Below the pieces are notes generated by a model. That model was not told the DNA's origin. It was given only the letters and a program-made list of their open reading frames with translations, and searched no databases. A program made the position numbers and the translations under genes. Shown here piece after piece: positions 19,248 to 29,295 of a DNA stretch of 64,000 bases. Source of the DNA: a virus; IMG/VR virus record IMGVR_UViG_3300022554_000002, positions 32,001 through 96,000 of that record. One strand, 5' to 3'. How positions within the stretch are numbered: the first letter of the stretch is position 1; every line of letters starts with the position of its first letter.

Positions 19248-21356
19248 CTAAATCTTTGAAATTGTGGAAAAATCACCTTGTCTTGTAATCTCAATCCTAG
19301 ACATTCCACTTACGTCCATTGGAGTATGTGTTATTACAAATACCTGCTTAAATCCTAGCATATTTCGTAGAGCATTAAATATCAATGTTGACACGGAGTT
19401 ACGATTTGGACCATCCAAAGCACCAAAGATTTCGTCCAACACCAGCATCCGGCATTTGGAATTTACTGACAATACTTTGGACAAAGCCAAACGGAGAGAA
19501 AGAGAAACAAGAATATTACCGCCACCAGAATCTTGAGCAAATAATAATTCTCTGCTATTTTCATAAATTTTAAGGTTAATTTCATCTTTAACCTTCTTCT
19601 CTCGTCTGCCATAGCCACAAGAACACTCATTAGAATCAAATGGTGCACCGCAAACACTGCAATGTGTCTGTTTGGTGGTTATTTCCTTTGTGGTGGTAAA
19701 TTCAAGCTTATTATTGGAACTCACAACACCTAAAATCAAGTTAGCATACTCTTCGATCTTGGATAGGTTATTCTCAACAAGAATAGCAGGAATTCCATCC
19801 TTACCAAGAATAGATGTTACATAACTCCACCTGTAATACTGTTTCTTAGTATCCTCAATCTTCTTATCCAATTCAAGTTTGGAAAGTTCTAATTTATTCT
19901 TGGTATCAATTAATGATTTAACCTGTCCAAGACGTTGATTAGTAATATTCAGGCTACTCTGAACAGTTAAAAGCTCTGTTTTCTTGGTAGTTAGTGTTAA
20001 ATTATCATTTTCACAATTTTGACTGTTTATTAACTGACTTTGAATGTCACTAATTTTTAATAACACATCATTATATTGATCTGACAATGTTTTCTGCAAA
20101 TTGGAAACAGCATTCAATTGCCCTTCTTGTTCTGGAAGTTTATCAATAAATGCTTCTAAGTTTGTCTTTTTTACTTTAATATCGTCTAACATCTTAATCT
20201 TATCTTGTAGTTCATTTACTTTAAAATCAACACTAATACGCTTTGTTTGAAGTTCTCGTAAGTCTTTTTCTAACTTTGCCTTGAAATCTGTGATACGACC
20301 ACCCTTATCACAACTATTTCCATCTACTGGACACACAGCACAATCACCACTAATACAAATCTTATTCAATTGTTGTTGAGTGGATTTTATCTGTCCAACA
20401 ATTTCATTTAAATCATTAATAACACTGCTTAACTCATTACGTAATTCAGCTATCTTCTCATCTAAATTGCTATTATTAGCTAAAAGCTTAACTAAATCCT
20501 GCTTAGATTCGTTTATCAATTCAATATTCTTAGTAATACGATTAATATTAGTAGTCTGCGTCTCAATATTTTGTAAAAGTTGTATTTTTTGTGACTCAAG
20601 AGTAATTAATCGACTATTTAGTTGGGAAATATCAACTTTTGTGCTAGTTTTTGTCTGTAAAATGCTAATTTCATCTTGTAATTTCTGAATTCGTTCTTCA
20701 ATTGCTTTGATTCCAGCTTCTAACGCCGCAACATCTGGAATTACACCAATTTGTGACAACTGAGTTGTAATCTGTGCCAAATTTCCCTGCAAAACACTCA
20801 ACTCAGCCTGCAAAGTTGCCGCTTTAGTTTTAGCCTTAAGGGAAAAACCTTCCCACCGTGACAGGTTTAACCATGTCTGAAGCATCTTACGACGCTCAGA
20901 GGGTAAAGACGCCATGAAACCATGAATGTCATTCTGTTTAAAGAAGTAAGTGTTCTGAAAATCAGCAGCATTCAATCCAATATTTGATAAAAACTCTTTT
21001 TCCTTTTGAGTCTTCGTGCCTGTCAAACCAGAAATATCCAAAATTGGCTTATTGGCAGCAGTTCTACCCCGTTTAATGGTCACGTCCTTACCATCAAGGT
21101 CAAATACTGCCTGAACATACATCTGTTCAGCACCCGTAAAGATCAAATCAACCTCTTTTAGCTGTTTACGAGTTTCACCAAATAGAACATATAAAATACC
21201 TTCTACAAAACTGGACTTACCAGCACGGTTTGATCGTTCAGCATTTGCGGCATATTTACCCTGAACGGCAATAATGCAATCCTTATCATCAAACTCTACA
21301 CTCTGAGTACCTTTGAATGGTCCGTAGTTATGAAATGTTATAGATTTAAGATGCAT
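19248..21356 (-). CDS. sbcC: SbcC/Rad50 (T4 gp46-like) SMC ATPase
   Basis: Walker A NRAGKSS, long coiled coil with central CAVCP hook, signature DSGGG and Walker B LVLDEIFGALD. Confidence 0.93.
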   Translation of the reverse strand: MHLKSITFHNYGPFKGTQSVEFDDKDCIIAVQGKYAANAERSNRAGKSSFVEGILYVLFGETRKQLKEVDLIFTGAEQMYVQAVFDLDGKDVTIKRGRTAANKPILDISGLTGTKTQKEKEFLSNIGLNAADFQNTYFFKQNDIHGFMASLPSERRKMLQTWLNLSRWEGFSLKAKTKAATLQAELSVLQGNLAQITTQLSQIGVIPDVAALEAGIKAIEERIQKLQDEISILQTKTSTKVDISQLNSRLITLESQKIQLLQNIETQTTNINRITKNIELINESKQDLVKLLANNSNLDEKIAELRNELSSVINDLNEIVGQIKSTQQQLNKICISGDCAVCPVDGNSCDKGGRITDFKAKLEKDLRELQTKRISVDFKVNELQDKIKMLDDIKVKKTNLEAFIDKLPEQEGQLNAVSNLQKTLSDQYNDVLLKISDIQSQLINSQNCENDNLTLTTKKTELLTVQSSLNITNQRLGQVKSLIDTKNKLELSKLELDKKIEDTKKQYYRWSYVTSILGKDGIPAILVENNLSKIEEYANLILGVVSSNNKLEFTTTKEITTKQTHCSVCGAPFDSNECSCGYGRREKKVKDEINLKIYENSRELLFAQDSGGGNILVSLSLRLALSKVLSVNSKCRMLVLDEIFGALDGPNRNSVSTLIFNALRNMLGFKQVFVITHTPMDVSGMSRIEITRQGDFSTISKI

Positions 21357-21359
21357 TTT

Positions 21360-21581
21360 TTATTTCCATTGAATGGTTTTAGTCAACACAGCTTCTTGTA
21401 ATGGTTTAATTTCACAAAGTATGTATTTTCCACCATCTGAATCAATTTCTTCCAAATTATCATATTCATATTCCCTCTTAAATGCACTTAATATTTCCTC
21501 TTTAGAGTAAAACAACGTCACTCCATCAAGCATAACAATTTCATCACTTTCTAAATCATATACTACATAACCTTTTCTCAT
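21360..21581 (-). CDS. Small hypothetical protein
   Basis: 73-aa ORF with SD. Confidence 0.6.
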   Translation of the reverse strand: MRKGYVVYDLESDEIVMLDGVTLFYSKEEILSAFKREYEYDNLEEIDSDGGKYILCEIKPLQEAVLTKTIQWK

Positions 21582-21592
21582 TTTTAAACTCC

Positions 21593-22600
21593 TTATTGCA
21601 TTACCTCATTACAACAATTCAAAATTTCCACTGAATCAGAGATATTCTGTCTCTCAAGGAACAATTTGACAATCTCAATATCAGATTTGGATTCATCTAA
21701 TTCTTTAATTCGTAAATCCTTCTCTTTAACCACATCAAACACAAATCGTAGGTAGTAACAACGCTTTCGTAAATCCTCTTCAAACTTGATATGATCAAAC
21801 TTGTGTGCTTCCGTGTGTGGACAAACAATTGCTACAGAAACAATGTGGTCAGTAACCTGCATATTAGATAATGCTGTTAGCTGTGCTTCTCCATCTGGTG
21901 TTCCATAAAGAATCTTCATTGTGGTTATTGATCTAGAAGGCATAATGACAGGCTGAAATGAATTATCATCTTCTAATAATATAATTCTTGATAATTCATT
22001 GACCTCCTTGGTATTCACTCGTACTGAAGCACCAACAATGTCAATATTCCCATGTTTCTGCACATGGTGAACGTGTCCAGCAAATACATGTTTGACTTTC
22101 TTAGAAACCCACTTGGGAAGGAAGGTATCAACACCCTGTCCTATTTCTTTTTCAATGCCGGGAATTGCACCCTCAATGTCCAAGTGACAAAACGCTATCA
22201 TGTCCTTAGTCAATGCTATTTCCTCAATAGCTTCCATCGTATGAGGAAAGAAAGCATACCTGCCAATAGTCAATGGACTCCAAACAACACTACAAATACC
22301 AGAAGCCTCAACTTCCTGTAATGGTGAACCATGTTTCAGATTTCTCATACCGTCATGGTTGCCATGAAGTACAAATATCTCACCACAACGAGATTCTTTG
22401 TATTCATGCAACATATTGATAAATTGTGCAATGTGTTTATGGCTTACATGAATATTATCAAATATATCACCAAGGAATATTACATCCCTACCCTTGACAT
22501 ATGGAATAATGTTCTTGAGAAAATCAAATATGTCTGGTGTTCGATCACAACCGTCCCAGACTAAACCTATATGAAGATCAGGAATTACAACTGCTGACAT
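21593..22600 (-). CDS. sbcD: SbcD/Mre11 (gp47-like) metallophosphoesterase nuclease
   Basis: DLHIG, LGDIFD, GNHD, CHLD and GHVH motifs; adjacent to SbcC. Confidence 0.92.
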   Translation of the reverse strand: MSAVVIPDLHIGLVWDGCDRTPDIFDFLKNIIPYVKGRDVIFLGDIFDNIHVSHKHIAQFINMLHEYKESRCGEIFVLHGNHDGMRNLKHGSPLQEVEASGICSVVWSPLTIGRYAFFPHTMEAIEEIALTKDMIAFCHLDIEGAIPGIEKEIGQGVDTFLPKWVSKKVKHVFAGHVHHVQKHGNIDIVGASVRVNTKEVNELSRIILLEDDNSFQPVIMPSRSITTMKILYGTPDGEAQLTALSNMQVTDHIVSVAIVCPHTEAHKFDHIKFEEDLRKRCYYLRFVFDVVKEKDLRIKELDESKSDIEIVKLFLERQNISDSVEILNCCNEVMQ

Positions 22601-22623
22601 GGTTTCTCCTATGTCTTAATATT

Positions 22624-22977
22624 CTACCGTAATACCTGATGAAACCTAGCTTTTACTCCATCCAAATTCTTGTCACTAATCTTAGGACAACAACCACAAA
22701 TAGATTCCAAATGAGCAAGCTCCTGCTCAATGTAACGCAACTCAGTACAAATATCAGAATTAACCTTCATAGCCTTATCTAAAAAACAACTTTTCTCTTG
22801 CTCAACAGAACCGCCACACTCAGCCTTCTCTGGAAAAACCCCAACAACACTTTCACGAATAGCCCTTAATCTATCCATAAGATTCTTTAACCGATCCAAT
22901 TGATGAATCTGCTCATTCACCAAAATCTCAAAAATCACCAACTGCTTAGGCTGTTCACAAGATTCCATGACAATCAA
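22624..22977 (-). CDS. Hypothetical coiled-coil protein
   Basis: 117-aa ORF. Confidence 0.6.
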   Translation of the reverse strand: MIVMESCEQPKQLVIFEILVNEQIHQLDRLKNLMDRLRAIRESVVGVFPEKAECGGSVEQEKSCFLDKAMKVNSDICTELRYIEQELAHLESICGCCPKISDKNLDGVKARFHQVLR

Positions 22978-22987
22978 TCTCCTATAC

Positions 22988-23065
22988 TAGTTAGGCGGGA
23001 AGGATTTCTACCTTCATCTTAAGCCCCATCATGGCTTATGTTTTTTGCTATTAAACTACCACCTA
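22988..23065 (-). ncRNA. tRNA-like cloverleaf (Ile-GAT-like, non-canonical D/T loops, no CCA)
   Basis: Acceptor TAGGTGG/CCGCCTA, D stem GTTT/AAAC, anticodon stem (T)AAGCC/GGCTT(A) with loop ATGATGG, T stem GAAGG/CCTTC with loop TAGAAAT, 3' end A-CTA. Confidence 0.65.
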
Positions 23066-23070
23066 AACTC

Positions 23071-24111
23071 TTATTCTTCAATGATCCCATCACCAGAACC
23101 AACCATACCACAAGCAAGCATTACTTCATCCTGTGCTTCTGGTGTATTCATAATATATTCTTTAATTGCATCTTCACCAGTGAAAATATTATCTGGTTTA
23201 GTCTTAATGATCCATGAACGGGTCTTTTCCTTACCATTTTCATCTACAGGATGGCAAATAGCACCTGTGGAACGACCAAGTTCAAAAATCTCACTCTCAG
23301 TATTTATAATACCCTTGTTGTAATCAAGAACGAATTCAGCTTCACGATATGGTGCAGCAACCTTATTCTTCTTCAAGGATACTCGTACTTTATGACCAGT
23401 GATAATATCACCATTCATTACAAATGAATCTTTGTTCTGTAATCGTTCAACCTGAACCATATAATCTGAATAGTGACGAAGGTTTCGTCCATCTGGAACA
23501 ATGTAAGGATTTCGCATCTTCTTCCACTGATCCATTTCCTCATAAACATGTTGTGTAAGGACTACAGTAATATTATTAGGTTTAACCGTTGGAACGATTG
23601 TCTTAAATGCACGAGTAAGGTATCCTGCACCTGAACCGCCCATGATATTATCTGTAGTAGGCTTTTCATCCTTTGGAAATCGAATAGCCCTAACAGAGTC
23701 AATACAAATACATTTAACAGGCAAACCAGCAGCAATCTTCTCCTTGAGTGTAGTATCTACCCAATCAAAGATTTCTGTAGGATTATTTGTCTGTTTTATC
23801 ACTAATCGTTCAGGGTCACCACCAAGTTTAGCAAACCATTCCTTGGAAAGTGAGAATTCAGTATCGAAAAGAATACAAATCCCATCTGGGTATTTCTTCT
23901 GAATCTCAGCCATAAGTATCTGAGCAATCAGAGATTTACCACCAGATTCAGGACCAAATAAAAGAACCCACTTTCCCTCAACAACACCACCATTTCCAAC
24001 AGCCCAATTGCAACTAGGGCTAGGTAGAGGAATCGCAGAAGCTTTAAGTTCCGGCAATTCACTCGCAAGTTTAAATCCTTCTTTCGCAAAAAAGCTCATC
24101 CAATCTGACAT
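23071..24111 (-). CDS. recA: RecA/UvsX recombinase
   Basis: GPESGGKS, LFDTEFS, IDSVRAI, PDGRNLRHYSD and KNKVAAPYREAEF. Confidence 0.93.
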   Translation of the reverse strand: MSDWMSFFAKEGFKLASELPELKASAIPLPSPSCNWAVGNGGVVEGKWVLLFGPESGGKSLIAQILMAEIQKKYPDGICILFDTEFSLSKEWFAKLGGDPERLVIKQTNNPTEIFDWVDTTLKEKIAAGLPVKCICIDSVRAIRFPKDEKPTTDNIMGGSGAGYLTRAFKTIVPTVKPNNITVVLTQHVYEEMDQWKKMRNPYIVPDGRNLRHYSDYMVQVERLQNKDSFVMNGDIITGHKVRVSLKKNKVAAPYREAEFVLDYNKGIINTESEIFELGRSTGAICHPVDENGKEKTRSWIIKTKPDNIFTGEDAIKEYIMNTPEAQDEVMLACGMVGSGDGIIEE

Positions 24112-24114
24112 GAT

Positions 24115-24570
24115 CTATTCTACTCCAAAGTTATCACCGTAAATGATCTTCTTAACAGCCTCATGGTTCATTTTAAACTCTTGGGCCTTGGATTTGTAAA
24201 AATTCATTAATGCTTCTGCCTCTGCTCTCATTTCCAAAGCTGTAATCACATCTGGGTCTTTGGAAACATATTGACCACGAGCAGTTGCAGTATCTTTTTG
24301 ATCACCTAGACAAGAACCAGCTTTGTCTAAAAATGCAATTGAACGAGATAAGTCAAGTGTCGCGTCTATCTTGCCAAAAAGTTCCATAGTAAAGGAGTAA
24401 TAAAGACTCGCCACTCCAAAACCATTAGAACTCCATTCAAGATATTGCGGAGCACTGGCAGGTGTTACAGCCGTTAAATTTCCACACTGCATTAACGGCT
24501 GTAACAACGCTACCTTACTCTTCAACTCGTCCAAACGCAGTCTATAAGCATTCAATTTTTCATGTAACAT
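24115..24570 (-). CDS. UvsY-like recombination mediator (putative)
   Basis: Helical ~150 aa, YVSKDPDV motif, located between SSB and RecA. Confidence 0.5.
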   Translation of the reverse strand: MLHEKLNAYRLRLDELKSKVALLQPLMQCGNLTAVTPASAPQYLEWSSNGFGVASLYYSFTMELFGKIDATLDLSRSIAFLDKAGSCLGDQKDTATARGQYVSKDPDVITALEMRAEAEALMNFYKSKAQEFKMNHEAVKKIIYGDNFGVE

Positions 24571-24573
24571 TTT

Positions 24574-25581
24574 TTACTGTGGTTTCTGTAAAACCTTTGC
24601 CTCAAATGCTGCCAATTGGTCATTACTATTAACAACATTGGATGCAACAGTAGGAACAGCAGACGTAGCATTATCAGGTTTTGCAATCATTGCTGGTGGT
24701 GGAGGTACTGCCATAGGTGCTGTTGGAGCAGCAGCTACGGGAGCACCACCATAAACAGCCTGTGGAACAGCAGCAGGAGCACCGGCCTGTGAACCACCCT
24801 GACCAGCACGTGCCTCTGCAATCTTGGCTTCAACTAAAGCTTTCATTTCAGCAGGAGTCTTTTTCTGCTCTAGAAGATATTCACGAAGATTATACATATT
24901 GGTCTGAGCCAATGCAACTAAAGCTTCATCTAACATAGCCTTCTGCGGGAATGGCTGCAATAAAGTTTCATAATACACCTTGCCGCCCTTACCCGTCTGT
25001 TTTACTTTACTAACGAAAATAATATTACCACCAGCAGGGTCAGTCACATCACCATTGAAAGGCATTGCTGAAGCAAGCTGACGTTGAACCTTCTGACCAC
25101 CACGATAAATGAAAGGCTTCGTAGAAGTTACACCCTTTGGAACCTTTTCACCCATTGGTGCTTTGAAAACAGCCTTACAAGTCACAATCAAACCCGTAGG
25201 AAGTTGCACAGGCTGAGTCAACTGTGTCCAATTCAGCCAAGGAATGATGTTAAACAGAAAACTCTTGCGTTTGTAGATTTCAGCACTGATACCAGCGGCA
25301 ACAACATCACCAGCCTGACCAGCCTTGTACAACCGTTGATTCTCTGTGCAGATTGGGCATACTTCACCAAATGAAGCCAAACAAACAGCAGGAGTACTTA
25401 AATTGTAATGCATGAAATATTCCAACCAAGGAACATTTTCACCCTGAAGTGGGGGAAGGAACCAAACGCCATGCTGACCTTCCTCTGGAACTATCCAAAG
25501 ACGCGGATCAAGAGTCTTTTCACCATTTTCATCACGATCCACTGCCGCCTTGACTGCACCAACATCTGTCTTTCCAAACAT
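24574..25581 (-). CDS. gp32-like single-stranded DNA-binding protein
   Basis: WFLPP, YFMHY, C...CPIC zinc site, RKSFLFNII and a low-complexity C-tail. Confidence 0.8.
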   Translation of the reverse strand: MFGKTDVGAVKAAVDRDENGEKTLDPRLWIVPEEGQHGVWFLPPLQGENVPWLEYFMHYNLSTPAVCLASFGEVCPICTENQRLYKAGQAGDVVAAGISAEIYKRKSFLFNIIPWLNWTQLTQPVQLPTGLIVTCKAVFKAPMGEKVPKGVTSTKPFIYRGGQKVQRQLASAMPFNGDVTDPAGGNIIFVSKVKQTGKGGKVYYETLLQPFPQKAMLDEALVALAQTNMYNLREYLLEQKKTPAEMKALVEAKIAEARAGQGGSQAGAPAAVPQAVYGGAPVAAAPTAPMAVPPPPAMIAKPDNATSAVPTVASNVVNSNDQLAAFEAKVLQKPQ

Positions 25582-25629
25582 TTTACTTCTCCTTATTTAA
25601 ACTTGCGCAACACGCGCATCCTTACTTAT

Positions 25630-25657
25630 ATTATAAAGGTACCACGCTATCTGTCAA
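25630..25657 (-). promoter_or_regulatory. Sigma70-type promoter TTGACA-N16-TATAAT
   Basis: Perfect hexamers upstream of the SSB gene. Confidence 0.8.
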
Positions 25658-28329
25658 GTAGGTATTTTCCAACTTTCATTCTCTTTCGTAACCACCTTAC
25701 AAGAACCTAATTTATATCCAAGCTTAATCTCAAACTCCATAGGAATTGTTAGTCCAACAGGGTGTAACATGATACTTTCCATTGTATTAAACAACTGTAT
25801 GGCATGATCTTTTCTAACTTCACCAACAATTGAGTCATGTACGAATGATACATATTTTGCATCAATGTTTAATTCTTTACATTTATTACGAATTTTCAAA
25901 GCACTAAGCAGTGTATAGTCACTGGCCTGTGCTTGAATAATAAAATTCACACCTTGTCGTTCAGCTTCACCACGTTCATGTTTATTTTCAGCAATTAAAT
26001 TGGCTAAACGACGCTTACGACCAAAATATGTAATAAATGTATTATTATTAGCAAGAGCAATTTTAACCTGCTCCTGTTGCCAACGTTTTACTCCCTTATA
26101 TGTATTCCAATATACATCATAAATGTGTTTTGCATCAGCTTCTTGTATGTTATTTTCCTTAGCAAAATTGCCCCACCACTTACCATAACACAAAGAGAAG
26201 TTTGCAGTCTTACCATTCTGACGTTCTTCTTTTGTAACTGCCTTCTTAGCATTGAAATTAGGATCATTGTCCATCTGATCTACTAACTCAGGATGGTAAA
26301 TGCGTACCGCCAACATAGCATGTGGGTCTAACCCGTTCATAAATGCTTTGTACAGATTTTCATCACGGGAATATTCTGCAATTAGTCGTAATTCTGCCTG
26401 ACTATAATCAACTTCAAATAAATAATAATCATCCGGTCTGGAACATGAATATAAATCACGAACCACAACCCCAATATCCTTCAATAAAGGGGTACCACGT
26501 GTTAAATTCTGTAAATTAGGGTTAGATGAAGATAATCTACCTGTTTCTGTACCATTGGGGTGAAAACTTGAGTGCACTTTGCCATCACTATAAATATTCT
26601 TAGTAATTCCTTCAAAATATGTACTTAAAGCCTTGGCATACTTACGACGAGTTAATACTTTCTTTGGAACAGGATGTAATGCTGCTAATTTTTCCAATAC
26701 TTCTTCAGTTACAGCCGGATCATTCTTCTCTGTTCGATCTAATATTGGTAAATTGGCATATTCGTATAAATACTTACTCAACTGAATGTTAGAAGTGAAT
26801 TTAACTGGTGCAGGTACATCTCCATCCTTTGGAATCATGGTATACTGTTCTAAATCTTTATCAATATCAACAATTGCCTGCTTTAATCTTGTTATACATT
26901 CTTGTCGATATTTTTCATCAATATAAAAACCTGTTTCCTCAACATCTAACAACATCCAACTAACAGGCATAAGGAAATTGACCAATAAATTATGCATATT
27001 CTCTTTTATAACTTCTGGCATCAACTTCAAGTAAACCTGTAGAGTAGCATCGGCGTCTGTACCAGCATACTTCACCAAAACATCTGGCGGAATAATGGCA
27101 AATGAATCAGATTTCTTCTCAGTTTTCTTTAAACCACAACTTGGTAAGGAATCTTCATAATTACCATATTCAGTGTACCGTTTAGCCAAATCCTTCAAAC
27201 CATGAATACCAACTCGTTCATCTAAACAGTAACTAGCCATCATAGTATCAATTACTGAACCACGATCAAACTCAAATCCAGCTTTGTGTAATAATTTAAC
27301 ATCGAACTTGAAATTATGAAAAATCTTTATCTGGCTTGATGATTTGAACAATTTGGCTAATCGTTCTTTTACATCTGTACCAACCCACTTATAAGTTGGC
27401 ATATTCAAACGATTCTCACTAACGAATGCCTTTATATCATCAGCATATGCTTTTCGTTTTGTCTGTAAATAATTCCTACAAAATTCATAATAAGCATCAT
27501 CACCGACACACCAAGGCAAAACATATGAATAATTGGGCTTACAACTAAAGGCAATCATGATAATAAAATCGTCAATGAAATCCAACCCAGATGTTTCAAT
27601 ATCTATTGACAACCTTGTGCTTTGCTCAAACTCCTTCATCATAGCGTCAAACTTCTCATAAGTATCAACGTAAGTTACATTACTATAAGAGTTTGTAGCG
27701 TTACCACTAAGAACAGACTTGATAACTTTCAATGCATAAACTGTCTTTTCAGTATTACGAATATCTCTAAGAACATATGAAGGATGGAAACATGGTATAA
27801 TCTTTACGTTGGGATAATCAGGAGACTCCATAACAGTGCCGTTAAGTTTAGTAATACCACTTTTCTTACCAGTAATACGTTTTAATGCTGTGGCACCCAA
27901 CGGAACTATAATCTTTGGGTTAGCATCCTTAATGGCTCTTTCTACAATATGGAAACAGGCTTTTTCTTCATCACTTGTTGCTTCTCTATTGTTTGGAGGA
28001 CGACACTGAACCACATTAGCTATGGAACAAACATTTCGATCAATACCTGCCATTTGTAATAATTCATCGAACTTCTGACCTGTTCTACCAATTAAAGGCT
28101 CAGTTCCAAACTGATCCTCTGTTTCTTCAGGAGCATCTGAAATAAACAATATGTCACAATTTGGAATAATCTTTGGTGGAACCACATGACAACGATTAAC
28201 TGCAAGAGGACAACGAGTACAACCACGAAGATCAAAAGTCAACCAATCAATATCATCAACTGGTCGATCATCTTTCTTTTTCTTCTTCGTTTTAGGTGCT
28301 AAATCTGGTAAATCCATATTACTCGTCAT
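25654..28329 (-). CDS. polA: Family A DNA polymerase with N-terminal family-4 uracil-DNA glycosylase-like domain and 3'-5' exonuclease
   Basis: UDG: CTRC, CRPPNNR, FHPSYVLR. Exo: DIETSG, HNFKFD, YAGTDA. Pol: TGRLSS, DYSQAELR, KTANF..YG, VHDS. Start may be ATG 28317. Confidence 0.93.
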   Translation of the reverse strand: MTSNMDLPDLAPKTKKKKKDDRPVDDIDWLTFDLRGCTRCPLAVNRCHVVPPKIIPNCDILFISDAPEETEDQFGTEPLIGRTGQKFDELLQMAGIDRNVCSIANVVQCRPPNNREATSDEEKACFHIVERAIKDANPKIIVPLGATALKRITGKKSGITKLNGTVMESPDYPNVKIIPCFHPSYVLRDIRNTEKTVYALKVIKSVLSGNATNSYSNVTYVDTYEKFDAMMKEFEQSTRLSIDIETSGLDFIDDFIIMIAFSCKPNYSYVLPWCVGDDAYYEFCRNYLQTKRKAYADDIKAFVSENRLNMPTYKWVGTDVKERLAKLFKSSSQIKIFHNFKFDVKLLHKAGFEFDRGSVIDTMMASYCLDERVGIHGLKDLAKRYTEYGNYEDSLPSCGLKKTEKKSDSFAIIPPDVLVKYAGTDADATLQVYLKLMPEVIKENMHNLLVNFLMPVSWMLLDVEETGFYIDEKYRQECITRLKQAIVDIDKDLEQYTMIPKDGDVPAPVKFTSNIQLSKYLYEYANLPILDRTEKNDPAVTEEVLEKLAALHPVPKKVLTRRKYAKALSTYFEGITKNIYSDGKVHSSFHPNGTETGRLSSSNPNLQNLTRGTPLLKDIGVVVRDLYSCSRPDDYYLFEVDYSQAELRLIAEYSRDENLYKAFMNGLDPHAMLAVRIYHPELVDQMDNDPNFNAKKAVTKEERQNGKTANFSLCYGKWWGNFAKENNIQEADAKHIYDVYWNTYKGVKRWQQEQVKIALANNNTFITYFGRKRRLANLIAENKHERGEAERQGVNFIIQAQASDYTLLSALKIRNKCKELNIDAKYVSFVHDSIVGEVRKDHAIQLFNTMESIMLHPVGLTIPMEFEIKLGYKLGSCKVVTKENESWKIPT

Positions 28330-28528
28330 ATTTCTTTCGTATTGCTTCTAATGTATTAAGCATAGCCGTAGCACACTCAATTGCAATTTCACCTTCCTTA
28401 CAAATTGTTATTCCTTCCCTGTTCTTACCAAAAGATTCAAGTACAGCAGCGTAGTCCACAACAGTTTTAGTCTGTTGTAAAAATGAATGCACAGACAAAT
28501 CAAAAAGAATTTATTTCTTACTATTCAT
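28319..28528 (-). pseudogene. ~69-codon gene interrupted by in-frame TAA at codon 6
   Basis: SD AAGGAG + ATG AAT AGT AAG AAA TAA ATT CTT TTT..., then 63 open codons ending 1 nt before the polA ATG at 28317. Confidence 0.55.
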
Positions 28529-28538
28529 GTTTTTCTCC

Positions 28539-29099
28539 TTATTTCCTATTTATCCTAAGATATGTAATTCGTTCTTTCTTCAATTCAAGACCTGTGTATT
28601 TGTTCAACCTGTTAAAAATCTGATAAAACCAAACTGAGGCTTGTTGCGTAGTACATTTTGGACCAACAATCTGTCGAATCTCTTCCAGCAAAGTGTGCAT
28701 TGCCTTATTGTTACTCTTTAGCATTAATTCTGCAACCTTGTACGTCTTTGTCTCTCGTGATTGCATAGCACACTTAGCCAACTCAACATGAACGTCCAAA
28801 TCGCTAGTTTGATTATCCATTGCTGTAACCTTTAAAATACTCTCATTTAGTGCCTTATCCTTACCATATGTCAAACAATGTTTGGTAAGCTTCTGACAAT
28901 GACCCAACTTAGACAAATAACAAGCATTACACCCCTCATCCTCATTCAGATAGCTGCCAAAACATTCATTCTTAATGGAAGACATTCGTTTGATTAAAGC
29001 AAAAGAGTATAACTCATTTAAATCAGTATTTGCAATATAAGGAATACCCTGTTCCTTAATCAACTTCTCTTTTACTTCCCTGCTAATGTCTTCATGCAT
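28539..29099 (-). CDS. Hypothetical protein with Cys cluster
   Basis: CFG...CNACYL...C; start moved to remove overlap with the FmdB gene. Confidence 0.65.
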   Translation of the reverse strand: MHEDISREVKEKLIKEQGIPYIANTDLNELYSFALIKRMSSIKNECFGSYLNEDEGCNACYLSKLGHCQKLTKHCLTYGKDKALNESILKVTAMDNQTSDLDVHVELAKCAMQSRETKTYKVAELMLKSNNKAMHTLLEEIRQIVGPKCTTQQASVWFYQIFNRLNKYTGLELKKERITYLRINRK

Positions 29100-29295
29100 C
29101 TGGTTTCTTGCCTTTTTTATAATCGGTACAATAGAATCCAGTACCTCTAAAGACAACTCCCAGACCACCAGTAATACATCGTTCCACGGTCTGTTTAGTA
29201 CACTTAGGACAAGTCTTTTCAGGCTTAACCCTCATAGATTGAGTCCTGTCAAACTCATGCCCACAAGAAGAACATTTATAATGATAAGTAACCAT
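29092..29295 (-). CDS. FmdB-family zinc-ribbon protein
   Basis: TYHYKCSSCGHEF...CPKC...FRGTGFYCTDY is canonical. Confidence 0.88.
   Translation of the reverse strand: MVTYHYKCSSCGHEFDRTQSMRVKPEKTCPKCTKQTVERCITGGLGVVFRGTGFYCTDYKKGKKPDA

Noticed and set aside
25654-28329. Intein or intron in polA, DnaB, RecA or SNF2
   Set aside because: Lengths fit the domain content, and no C/S...HN splice motifs or embedded endonuclease motifs were found. A ~40-aa insertion in the exonuclease domain is too short.
29100-29168. Overlap of the FmdB gene with 28539..29168
   Set aside because: Resolved by the start at 29099, which is coupled to the FmdB stop.
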